Below are positions 1 to 6,913 of a DNA stretch of 44,214 nt, piece after piece. The notes under the pieces were generated by a model that saw only the letters and a program-made list of their open reading frames with translations, ran no database searches and was not told the DNA's origin. Source of the DNA: a virus; the IMG/VR virus record IMGVR_UViG_3300027807_000002, positions 1 through 44,214 of that record; one strand, 5' to 3'. The first letter of the stretch is position 1. Each line of letters starts with the position of its first letter. Both the position numbers and the translations under genes were made by a program.

Positions 1-127
1 CCCCTGGCTGGGGGTGCGTCAGCTTCCGGCTGATGATCGTCGCTTCCATCGTTTCTTCAGCCGCCGCCCACGCGGCAAATAGATCGCTGCGCTCAGTCAT
101 GTTCCGCTCCTCCTTCAGGAGAAACAC
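1..127. repeat. 127-bp terminal direct repeat, copy 1 (identical to 44088..44214)
   Basis: Read base by base: 1-127 equals 44088-44214 (cccctggctggggg...ttcaggagaaacac). This is consistent with an assembler k-mer overlap on a circular or permuted template, or with a true terminal redundancy. Confidence 0.95.
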
Positions 128-329
128 CTTGCATTATCCATCGGAAATGGCTGGCGCAGACGTAGGCGGTCAACGGATGGCGACCCCGCATCTCGGGCGG
201 AAGACCGCCAAACGGCCCGTCGTCGGCCATGCACCAATCGTCGGGGAAAATAGTTGCCTCGACTTTAGCAGCGGCGGGCGCGCCGCACATGGAGCATTTT
301 TCCCCTTCGCAACATTTAGAGACGCTCAC
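93..329 (-). CDS. small Cys-rich protein, possibly zinc-binding, function unknown
   Basis: 78-codon ORF with several Cys, including CCEGEKCSMC. Its stop overlaps (ATGACTGA) the start of the ORF that continues across the contig junction. Confidence 0.5.
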   Translation of the reverse strand: MSVSKCCEGEKCSMCGAPAAAKVEATIFPDDWCMADDGPFGGLPPEMRGRHPLTAYVCASHFRWIMQGVSPEGGAEHD

Positions 330-583
330 GACGGTGATCCTTCCTTGGGAGTGACATTTAGTGCGGCTTCTAGGGCTTCGCGCATCGCAGGAGGGGACAC
401 CGGCTTAAAGCCTATGCAGCGTTGGTACGTTTTTGCTGCGGCTTTCACCATCTCATCCGTGACGACGATGGGAGCGCGCTGGTTCCAAGCGGCAATGGCG
501 TCAGCTTCGTTCGAAAGGCTTTCTTGTTTCTTAAACGCCGCATAAATCGCCTTGGCGAGACGCTCTTCCCTATTCGTCATCAT
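326..583 (-). CDS. hypothetical protein
   Basis: ORF 326..622. The likely start is the ATGATGA at 583, which overlaps the methyltransferase stop (translational coupling). Confidence 0.55.
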   Translation of the reverse strand: MMTNREERLAKAIYAAFKKQESLSNEADAIAAWNQRAPIVVTDEMVKAAAKTYQRCIGFKPVSPPAMREALEAALNVTPKEGSPS

Positions 584-1698
584 GCGATCTTCTCCACTTG
601 CTGAATGCGCTCCCCGATCCACCGGACAACAGGGATCGCCATGCTGTTTCCGAGCGCCTTGTAGCGAGGCCCATCCTTAGCAAGCCCCTTGCCAACGGAA
701 ATCAAGGTCCAGTCGTCGGGAAAGCCCTGAAGGCGCTCACATTCGCGCGGTGTCAGGCGGCGGACGGCGGTGGTGGAGACATAGCTTCGGCTCGACCCGC
801 CCGACGCGGCGCGCAAAGACGCGACGTCCGCCGCCTCCGGCATGGCGCCGCCCTCACGGCCCCTTAGGTTGAAGGCGACGTAGTTCTGCTGCTGCACGCC
901 GGCGTCAGCCGCTAAAGCCCCGACTATTGAGCCGTCGCCGTCGCTAGACGGTCCTTTTTGGTCTCGGGATTTCAAGGCTGTACTGATCAAAGGTGCGTAA
1001 ATTAGGCTGTCGGCGCTGTCGGCGTCTCGTCCCGGTCCGTTCGCGCCGCCGCCATTAGAGCTTCCCGCAATTGTCGGGGCAATTCTTTGCCCCGCTTCTC
1101 GGCGCGGCGGAGGATTCCCTGACAGGCTTTCGCGCTCAAAAAGTACCGCTGCGGCACGTCGCCAGTCTCGAGCGTGTCCGACAACGAACACACGACGGCG
1201 TCGCTGGGCCACTCCGAAGAACTGAGCGTCAAGCACTCTGTAGGCGAACCCATACCCGAGTTCGACCATGCCCCCGAGAATGGTTCCAAAGTCCCGTCCG
1301 CCGTTCGATGACAGGACGCCGGGGACGTTCTCCCAAACCAACCATCGGGGGCGCAGTCGGTCAGCAAGCCTAAGATATTCGAGGGCCAGGTTGCCACGGT
1401 CGTCAGCCAGTCCTCCTCGCAAACCCGCGACGCTGAAAGACTGGCAAGGTGTGCCTCCGACCAGAAGGTCGATTGGCTCGTAGTCGTCGGCTTTGATCGT
1501 CGTGAAGTCCCCATGGAGCGGCGTCTCCGGATAGTGATGTTTCAGAACCTTGCGGGCGAAGGGGTCGATCTCTGAGTAGAAGGACGCTTCCCATCCGAGG
1601 GGCGTCCAGGCGACGGTCGCAGCCTCGATGCCAGAGCAAACGCTCCCGTATCTCATGGCGCGCATGGTCTGGCGCTCAAACCTGAAGGGGTCGGTCAA
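580..1698 (-). CDS. DNA (cytosine-5)-methyltransferase
   Basis: C5-MTase motifs occur in canonical order: I YGSVCSGIEA, IV GGTPCQSFS, VI WENVPGV, VIII QRRRRVFVVG, IX RLTPRECERLQGFP, X GNSMAIPV. The TTG at 1698 is preceded by a GAGGG SD. Alternative ATG starts are at 1665 and 1656. Confidence 0.93.
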   Translation of the reverse strand: MTDPFRFERQTMRAMRYGSVCSGIEAATVAWTPLGWEASFYSEIDPFARKVLKHHYPETPLHGDFTTIKADDYEPIDLLVGGTPCQSFSVAGLRGGLADDRGNLALEYLRLADRLRPRWLVWENVPGVLSSNGGRDFGTILGGMVELGYGFAYRVLDAQFFGVAQRRRRVFVVGHARDWRRAAAVLFERESLSGNPPPRREAGQRIAPTIAGSSNGGGANGPGRDADSADSLIYAPLISTALKSRDQKGPSSDGDGSIVGALAADAGVQQQNYVAFNLRGREGGAMPEAADVASLRAASGGSSRSYVSTTAVRRLTPRECERLQGFPDDWTLISVGKGLAKDGPRYKALGNSMAIPVVRWIGERIQQVEKIA

Positions 1699-1895
1699 GA
1701 ATCGCCCTCATCCGCCATGCAGGCGAGAAGTCGCTCTTCGAGCTGCGCGGCGTCGGTCATGCGGTTTGGGGCCTTCTCAAGGGGATCTGTGACACACATT
1801 TAATCGGTCTCCGGGGGCTTGGCGGGCGTGAAACCCGCCCACTCGATTATGACCCCGAGCCAAGGCTCTGGGCCGTGGTGGGCGGCGCGCCAGCG

Positions 1896-2174
1896 TCATC
1901 GCCCGGTCCCCGCATCGCACGACATGTGGTGGCGGCTTCCGCGCCTCCTGCCATAGTCTTCCCGCTCCCAGAACGCAGCGAACGATCCGACCTTTCGCCG
2001 ATCTTCTCCGAACAGCCATTCGATATACAGCTTCAGGCCCTTGTCGTCGTAGCGCCAGCGCGAGCGCCCGTCGTCGATGACATAGCCCCCGCTCTGATAG
2101 GGCGGGTCGCCGTACAGTCTCGGCGCGTCAGCCGGCGGCTCGGGAACCTGTTCGCGCTTCAGCCGGATCGTCAT
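1896..2174 (-). CDS. hypothetical protein containing a DPPY tetrapeptide
   Basis: 92-codon ORF, start-stop coupled to the upstream gene (2171/2174). It contains YGDPPYQ...W...YIEWL. See findings. Confidence 0.45.
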   Translation of the reverse strand: MTIRLKREQVPEPPADAPRLYGDPPYQSGGYVIDDGRSRWRYDDKGLKLYIEWLFGEDRRKVGSFAAFWEREDYGRRRGSRHHMSCDAGTGR

Positions 2175-2614
2175 GACCGGAGCTCATAAACGCTTTGCGC
2201 GCCCTCAACTTTCATGAGCGCGCCCAGCTCCAAAAGCTTTTCCAAGTAAGACGCGCAAAATGTGATTTGCAGCTCTAGGCGGGGATCTCGCCAGATCACG
2301 CCAAAGGCCGTCCCCTCGCGCATGAGGGATCGACCTTGAGCCAGCCATTGGCGCGTTTCCTTCGCCTTGTCGCCTTGCATGCTTACGCCGGATTTTTTCG
2401 CCCAGGCGTAAACGGCCCCAGCCTGGCGGCCGAGGACGTTGCCGATCTCTAGGGCCGTAAACCCCGCATCCCTCATAGCCTCGGCCGCGTGCTTTTCTTC
2501 GTCAGTCCAGAGGGGACTTAGTTTGCGGGGGCCGGGGAAGGCGATGACGTTGCGCGGCCAGCCCGCCTGGCCCGAGACGTTCCCCGGTTCCGCAGTAGAT
2601 CGATCTCCACCCAT
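2171..2614 (-). CDS. GcrA-like / Myb-like HTH DNA-binding protein
   Basis: LSPLWTDEEKHAAEAMRDAGFTALEIGNVLGR..AVYAWAKK resembles the N-terminal HTH of alphaproteobacterial GcrA (WTDE..L......G.SA.EIA..LG....AV). The ORF is open to 2710. The ATG at 2614 is the most plausible start. Confidence 0.45.
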   Translation of the reverse strand: MGGDRSTAEPGNVSGQAGWPRNVIAFPGPRKLSPLWTDEEKHAAEAMRDAGFTALEIGNVLGRQAGAVYAWAKKSGVSMQGDKAKETRQWLAQGRSLMREGTAFGVIWRDPRLELQITFCASYLEKLLELGALMKVEGAQSVYELRS

Positions 2615-2757
2615 AAGACATCCATCTCCTTCTGCAGCTCCTCGCCGCGCCGCACGATTTGATCCACCCGCGCCTTTTCTGTCGGCGTCAGATAATCCGG
2701 CCATGGCCACTTATGCGCCTCCTGAATTGATAGCTTGCGACTCAACCTCGCCTCCAT
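2518..2757 (-). CDS. 79-aa ORF overlapping the 5' end of the GcrA-like gene
   Basis: MEARLSRKLSIQEAHKWPWPDYLTPTEKARVDQIVRRGEELQKEMDVLWVEIDLLRNRG... reads protein-like. The ATG at 2757 has no SD and lies a few nt from the putative leftward promoter, so the mRNA may be near-leaderless. It overlaps 2518-2614 of the next ORF in another frame. Confidence 0.3.
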   Translation of the reverse strand: MEARLSRKLSIQEAHKWPWPDYLTPTEKARVDQIVRRGEELQKEMDVLWVEIDLLRNRGTSRARRAGRATSSPSPAPAN

Positions 2758-2770
2758 AGACAGACGATTC

Positions 2771-2801
2771 GCTTGACAGCGTAACGAATGACGTGTCAAC
2801 T
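2771..2801. promoter_or_regulatory. divergent control region: inverted TTGACA boxes (candidate overlapping PL/PR with operator)
   Basis: TTGACA at 2773-2778 and TGTCAA at 2794-2799 are inverted with a 15-nt spacer. Each box sits 17 nt from a weak -10-like hexamer (TCAACT at 2796-2801 on plus, TCAAGC as the reverse complement of 2771-2776). It lies between the leftward ATG at 2757 and the rightward SD/ATG at 2815/2827. Confidence 0.4.
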
Positions 2802-2826
2802 GTCTTTTGCGCTTAAGGAGGGCGCG

Positions 2827-2985
2827 ATGATGACGAAACGCGAGGAGCTGGAGATCGAAGCCCTTCAGCATATCGATGACGCTCGAAAGGCCATGGCGGC
2901 TGGCGATCTGCGCCTGGCCGAGCATCACATGAACAAGGCCGGCGACGCTGCGCACAAGGCCGAGGAGCTTAGCGATCATGAGTGA
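2827..2985 (+). CDS. hypothetical protein (first rightward gene)
   Basis: AAGGAGG SD at 2815-2821 lies 5 nt before the ATG at 2827. 52 aa, helical and charged. Confidence 0.6.
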   Translation: MMTKREELEIEALQHIDDARKAMAAGDLRLAEHHMNKAGDAAHKAEELSDHE

Positions 2986-3718
2986 TTTAATTTCCATCGG
3001 GCACAACGCGCCCCAGCCGGAGATCCCCGCCGTGGAGGTGTGGACCGGCCGGCTGGGCCACCTGGAGCGGCAGCTGCAGGCGATCCCGCTTCCCTTAAAC
3101 GATCTCAAGGCGGCGGAAATGCGGGACGTGCTGGCCGAAGCCACCAGCATTTTAAAGAACAGCGACGCGGAGCGCCGTGAGATCCAGGCGCCCCACGAAA
3201 CGCGGCTCACCGCAATCCGCAACCTTTTCCGCTCGGTCACTGCGAAAGGCGAGGAGATCCGCGACCTGGCCCGCAAGAACCTTGATCAGTTTATGGCCGC
3301 CAAAGAGCTGGAGCTTAAGCGCCAGGCCGAGCAGGAGAAGGCTAAGGCGGACGCCGCGGCGAAGGCCGCCCAGGAGGCCCTGGCCGCCAGCCGAGGCGAT
3401 CTGGATCAATGGGCGCCCGGAGACGACGCGGCCAAAACCGCGGCCGAGGCGGCCATATCGGCCGAGCACGCCGTGAAAATGGCCGAGGCCGGCGTAGCGA
3501 TTCAATCAGCGTCCGGATCGGCCAAGGCCGCGAGCTACCGCACGAGCTGGTACGTCGCCGTCACCGACTCAAGGAAACTGGTGAAGGCGTTTCAGGACCA
3601 TCCGGAAATGATCGAGCTTGCCACGCGCCTCGCCGCCGCCCAGGTCCGGGCCGCCAAGGGCAACCTGCGCAAACCCATCCCTGGGTGCGAGCCGGTGGAA
3701 CGTAGGACGGTAGTGTGA
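2978..3718 (+). CDS. coiled-coil protein of the recombination module (possibly Gp157-like)
   Basis: 246 aa. Central KAKADAAAKAAQEA coiled coil. Sits directly upstream of the SSAP gene. The family assignment is only a guess from architecture. Confidence 0.3.
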   Translation: MSDLISIGHNAPQPEIPAVEVWTGRLGHLERQLQAIPLPLNDLKAAEMRDVLAEATSILKNSDAERREIQAPHETRLTAIRNLFRSVTAKGEEIRDLARKNLDQFMAAKELELKRQAEQEKAKADAAAKAAQEALAASRGDLDQWAPGDDAAKTAAEAAISAEHAVKMAEAGVAIQSASGSAKAASYRTSWYVAVTDSRKLVKAFQDHPEMIELATRLAAAQVRAAKGNLRKPIPGCEPVERRTVV

Positions 3719-3927
3719 GCCGGCCGCTCTCTGAACGCGGGGGCATGGCGGGGGAGCACAACCCCTCCGCCAAGCTCACCGAGGACCAGGTGCGCAACAT
3801 CAAACGCCTGGTGCAAACCCTGAACGACCGCGACGTGTCAGACCTTTGCGGGATCCCCCGCCCGACCGTCACGGCCATCCGCCTCGGCTATCGCTGGGGC
3901 CATATTCGCCTGGAGGATGCGAAATGA
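3715..3927 (+). CDS. small HTH DNA-binding protein
   Basis: GEHNPSAKLTEDQVRNIKRL...CGIPRPTVTAIRLGYRW pattern, typical of small phage HTH modules. Coupled to its neighbours (GTG 3715 or ATG 3745; ATGA at 3924). Confidence 0.4.
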   Translation: MSRPLSERGGMAGEHNPSAKLTEDQVRNIKRLVQTLNDRDVSDLCGIPRPTVTAIRLGYRWGHIRLEDAK

Positions 3928-4814
3928 CGAAAGCGAACGAAAAGGCCGAGGTGGTGGACCACCCGGCGCAAAAGGCCGCAGATCGTTTAGGAGGAGGGCT
4001 GGCGCTCCTGCGCGCGGAGTTCCCCGAGAACCAAATCAGCAAGCTCCCGAAGCCCACCAGGGCGCAAACGGACGCGGTGAAGGCCGATTTCAAAAAGGGC
4101 GTGCGGTGTCTCGAATGTGGGGCCTGGCATCACCCCGAGGTGGTCCACCTCGACTACGTGGGCCACGCCGCCTTGACGGATCGGCTCCTTGACGCGGACC
4201 CCATGTGGACCTGGGAGCCGGTGGCGTTCACGGCCGAGGGTCTGCCGGCGTTCGATGCCACGGGCGGCCTTTGGATCCGACTCACCGTGTGCGGGGTGAC
4301 GCGCCTGGGCTACGGCAATGCGGCGCGAAAGAACGAGCAGGATCCCGGCGCGCGGGAAAAGGAGGTGATCGGGGACGCGCTCCGGAACGCGGCTATGCGG
4401 TTCGGCGCAGCCCTTGATCTTTGGCACAAGGGCGATCTGCACGCCCACCACGTGGATGCGGACGCGGACGAGCAGCGCCCGGCGACTCGAGACGAGCGCG
4501 CGCCGGCCGGACGCATTTCGCCCGCCCAGGCCCGCAAAAACGGCGATTGGGAGCGGATCACACGGGGCATGGCCCTGCAGCGCACGCCGGACGAGCTCAA
4601 GGCCTACGTCAACCATCCGGACCAGAAGGCGATTTGGAGCAAATGGCCGGATCACTGGAAAGCGGAGCTCCGCGAAGAAATGCAGAAGGTGGGCCAGGCG
4701 CTGATGGACAAGCTGGAGCGCGAGCGATCCGAGCGGGATCTGGACACGCGCTATGATCCCAAAACGGGCGAGATCCGCGAGGACGTGCCTTTTGACGACG
4801 ATATCCCATTTTGA
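3924..4814 (+). CDS. Rad52/Rad22-like single-strand annealing protein
   Basis: GGAGGA SD before the ATG at 3924. LDYVGHAALTDRLL...TRLGYGNA...KEVIGDALRNAAMRFGAALDLW matches the Rad52-type SSAP signature (..SDAlKRaa..FG....LY). Confidence 0.6.
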   Translation: MTKANEKAEVVDHPAQKAADRLGGGLALLRAEFPENQISKLPKPTRAQTDAVKADFKKGVRCLECGAWHHPEVVHLDYVGHAALTDRLLDADPMWTWEPVAFTAEGLPAFDATGGLWIRLTVCGVTRLGYGNAARKNEQDPGAREKEVIGDALRNAAMRFGAALDLWHKGDLHAHHVDADADEQRPATRDERAPAGRISPAQARKNGDWERITRGMALQRTPDELKAYVNHPDQKAIWSKWPDHWKAELREEMQKVGQALMDKLERERSERDLDTRYDPKTGEIREDVPFDDDIPF

Positions 4815-5263
4815 TGCTTGAATTTCAGGGAAAAGTAGAGGGGGGCCGGGTGGTCCCCCAGTTTCCGCAGGACGCGGAGGACCTGGGCGATTGGGAGGGC
4901 GCGACCGTGCGCTGCGTCCTCACCCAGGCGCGCACCCGCTCGCCCTCGCAGCTGCGGCTTTGGTGGGGCTTTTGCGGCAAGGTGGCGGAAAACTGGCCTG
5001 GCGCGGATTCTATCGACAGCAAGGCCGTTTCCGATCTCCTCAAGCTGGAAATGGGCCACGCCTATGTTTTCCGCGACGCGGCCGGCGGATACCGACGCCT
5101 GCCCAAAAGCATCGCCTTCAACGCCCTTTCCCAGGACCAATTCAACGGGGTTATGAACAAAGCCCTTGCGTGCGCGCACCGTTTATTCGGCCAGGAGCTC
5201 ACGGACGCGTGCTTTCGGGAGGTTGGCCTCCTCGACTACGTGACGGGCCATCATGTCACATAA
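4814..5263 (+). CDS. NinB/Orf-like recombination mediator (putative)
   Basis: RSPSQLRLWWGFCGKVAENW and KSIAFNALSQDQFNGVMNKAL parallel lambda NinB RSLDQNRKLWACLGDVSRQV and QSTSRMRVGEFAELLELI. TGATG coupling to the SSAP gene. Confidence 0.45.
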   Translation: MLEFQGKVEGGRVVPQFPQDAEDLGDWEGATVRCVLTQARTRSPSQLRLWWGFCGKVAENWPGADSIDSKAVSDLLKLEMGHAYVFRDAAGGYRRLPKSIAFNALSQDQFNGVMNKALACAHRLFGQELTDACFREVGLLDYVTGHHVT

Positions 5264-5615
5264 AGACAAGCAATTTGGGCGTCGCCTGCGGATCCGCCGC
5301 CAGCAGCTCGGTCTGACCCTGCAGGAGCTCGGGGACCGGCTGGACCGCATTCACCTGGTGCAGGTCCACAAGTATGAAACCGGTCAAAACCGCATGAGCG
5401 TTTCCAAGCTCTGGGAGGCGTGCCACGCCTTAAACGTCTCGCCCGATTACTTTTTTCGCGGCCTGAAACCGCCCAACCTTGATCCGAAAGCGGACGACCA
5501 TCTGGACGCGATTCTTGAGAGCGCCGGGCTTGTGCCCGAGCTCGCCAAAGTTAGAGGCCTAGACGAGCGCGGGCGCCAGGCCGTCGCCGCCCTCATAAAC
5601 GCCCTCGCTAAATAG
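5253..5615 (+). CDS. XRE-family HTH transcriptional regulator
   Basis: FGRRLRIRRQQLGLTLQELGDRL......KYETGQNRMSVSKLWEACHALNVSPDYFF is a canonical XRE/Cro-cI HTH. Confidence 0.8.
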   Translation: MSHKDKQFGRRLRIRRQQLGLTLQELGDRLDRIHLVQVHKYETGQNRMSVSKLWEACHALNVSPDYFFRGLKPPNLDPKADDHLDAILESAGLVPELAKVRGLDERGRQAVAALINALAK

Positions 5616-5625
5616 CACGCGACAC

Positions 5626-5654
5626 TTGACACGTCTGTCTCGCTGGTCTATGTC
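5626..5654 (+). promoter_or_regulatory. candidate sigma70-type promoter
   Basis: TTGACA (5626-5631), then 17 nt, then TATGTC (5649-5654), in the 86-bp gap after the XRE gene. It shares the 9-mer TTGACACGT with the 2791-2799 box (reverse complement). Confidence 0.4.
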
Positions 5655-5701
5655 ATGGGCTCGCGGCAAGGCCAAGGCGCCCGGACCGCATGGAGGACGC
5701 A

Positions 5702-5956
5702 ATGACCGATCGTTTAATTTCCCTAGGCGTTGACGCCGGCTTTATCGCCTCGGAGGCGGTTTCCCTGGGCGTGCATATCGGCGTGGCGCGCGGCGCGACG
5801 CATCCCCTGGCTCGCCAGGCTTATGCCCGGTACGCGGAGGCCGAGCTGGCCCGGATCGAGGAGCGCGCGCGCATCATGCGCACGTTCATCGACGCCGAGC
5901 TGGCGGCCCTGGCCAAGCATTGCGCCAAAAACCCCGCTGAAATTGAGGCCGCGTGA
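5702..5956 (+). CDS. hypothetical protein
   Basis: GGAGGA SD at 5691-5696 before the ATG at 5702. 84 aa. Confidence 0.6.
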   Translation: MTDRLISLGVDAGFIASEAVSLGVHIGVARGATHPLARQAYARYAEAELARIEERARIMRTFIDAELAALAKHCAKNPAEIEAA

Positions 5957-6186
5957 TGGGCGTTTTTAATTTCACCACCGCGCACCAGCGCGAGCTCCTG
6001 GCGGAGTATGAAGGCGACCGCGAGGCCTGCGTCCATGACCTGGCTTATCACTGCAGCGCCTGCCGCACGCCCTATGACAGCCGCGAGGACATTTACGTCG
6101 ATGACAACGCAGATCAATTCTGCTCCGCCTGCATAGATCACGGCCGCGGCGTGTTCGATGGGCGCGATCCGGAGGACGACGCATGA
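5956..6186 (+). CDS. small zinc-ribbon-like protein
   Basis: CSAC...CSAC pairs (HCSACRTPY...QFCSACIDH). TGATG coupling. Confidence 0.5.
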   Translation: MGVFNFTTAHQRELLAEYEGDREACVHDLAYHCSACRTPYDSREDIYVDDNADQFCSACIDHGRGVFDGRDPEDDA

Positions 6187-6479
6187 TTTCCAGACACACC
6201 CAAGGGCGCTGGACGGTAGGCGCGAACATAGGCCGCACCCGCGCGATCTGGGCCGGCCAGCGCATAATCGCGGAGGTGATGACCAGCATCACCCACGGCA
6301 ATGAAGTGAATGTTTTGGAGGCCGAGCATAACGCCCACCTTATCGCCGCCGCGCCAGCAATTCAGGCGGCCCTGGGGACGCTTCTCTCTCGGGCCAGGTG
6401 CGGCGCTATTCCCTCGGCCGCGGAGATCGACGACGCCCAGGAGGCGCTTCGCGCCAGCCTCGGCATGGTGGTCAATTGA
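6183..6479 (+). CDS. hypothetical protein
   Basis: 98 aa. The ...EAEHNAHLIAAAPAIQAAL motif is common in small phage early proteins. ATGA coupling on both sides. Confidence 0.55.
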   Translation: MISRHTQGRWTVGANIGRTRAIWAGQRIIAEVMTSITHGNEVNVLEAEHNAHLIAAAPAIQAALGTLLSRARCGAIPSAAEIDDAQEALRASLGMVVN

Positions 6480-6913
6480 TGCGCGACCTGAACACCCTTG
6501 ACGCGACCGAGGTGAAGCGGCTTCGCGAGCAAGAGCTGCGCCTTTATGGCGTGAAGGGCGGCGCGACGGAAGGCGTTTTTCTGGTCAAACCCCTTCTGGG
6601 GCGAAATAGCCGGGGGCTGGCGCCCCCGCTTTGCGTCATCGCGTCCGTGGGCGAAGGTTGGGACCATGTGTCCGTTTCTTCCGGCAAGATACTGAAAACT
6701 CCGTCATGGGAAGATATGGATTATGTCAAACGCTTGTTTTTCAAGCCCTTTGAGACCGCCATGCAGCTTCATGTGCCGCCCAGCGATCATATTTCGTTCC
6801 ATGATTACACCCTGCATTTGTGGCGTCCGCACGGGGTGGAGATTCCCCGGCCGCCCGGATGGATGGTCGGGCCGGCCATGACGGGCACAAGAGCTTTGGA
6901 TAATGACACGTAA
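6479..6913 (+). CDS. conserved phage protein, unknown function
   Basis: GEGWDHVSVS...PSWEDMDYVKRLFF...MQLHVP...LHLWRP pattern, seen in many prophage early regions. Confidence 0.5.
   Translation: MRDLNTLDATEVKRLREQELRLYGVKGGATEGVFLVKPLLGRNSRGLAPPLCVIASVGEGWDHVSVSSGKILKTPSWEDMDYVKRLFFKPFETAMQLHVPPSDHISFHDYTLHLWRPHGVEIPRPPGWMVGPAMTGTRALDNDT

Noticed and set aside
1695-1760. 21-codon minus-strand ORF (MTDAAQLEERLLACMADEGDS) whose stop overlaps the TTG start of the methyltransferase.
   Set aside because: It is too short to support from sequence alone. It may be a leader peptide or nothing. It is mentioned only as context for the 1699-1895 gap.
2758-3276. Upstream part of the long minus-strand ORF 2518..3276, and many similar long antisense or alternate-frame ORFs: 3987..4655, 9799..10515, 10448..11350, 26720..27535, 28503..29207, 29621..30445, 35734..36642, 38571..39311.
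   Set aside because: Their translations are R/A/G/P-rich and not protein-like, and they lie opposite ORFs with clear motifs, SDs and high third-position GC. They are typical stop-codon-poor shadow ORFs of GC-rich DNA.
5650-5660. 11-mer ATGTCATGGGC shared by 5650-5660 and 17983-17993.
   Set aside because: Many chance 11-mer pairs are expected in a genome of this size, and there are no further copies.
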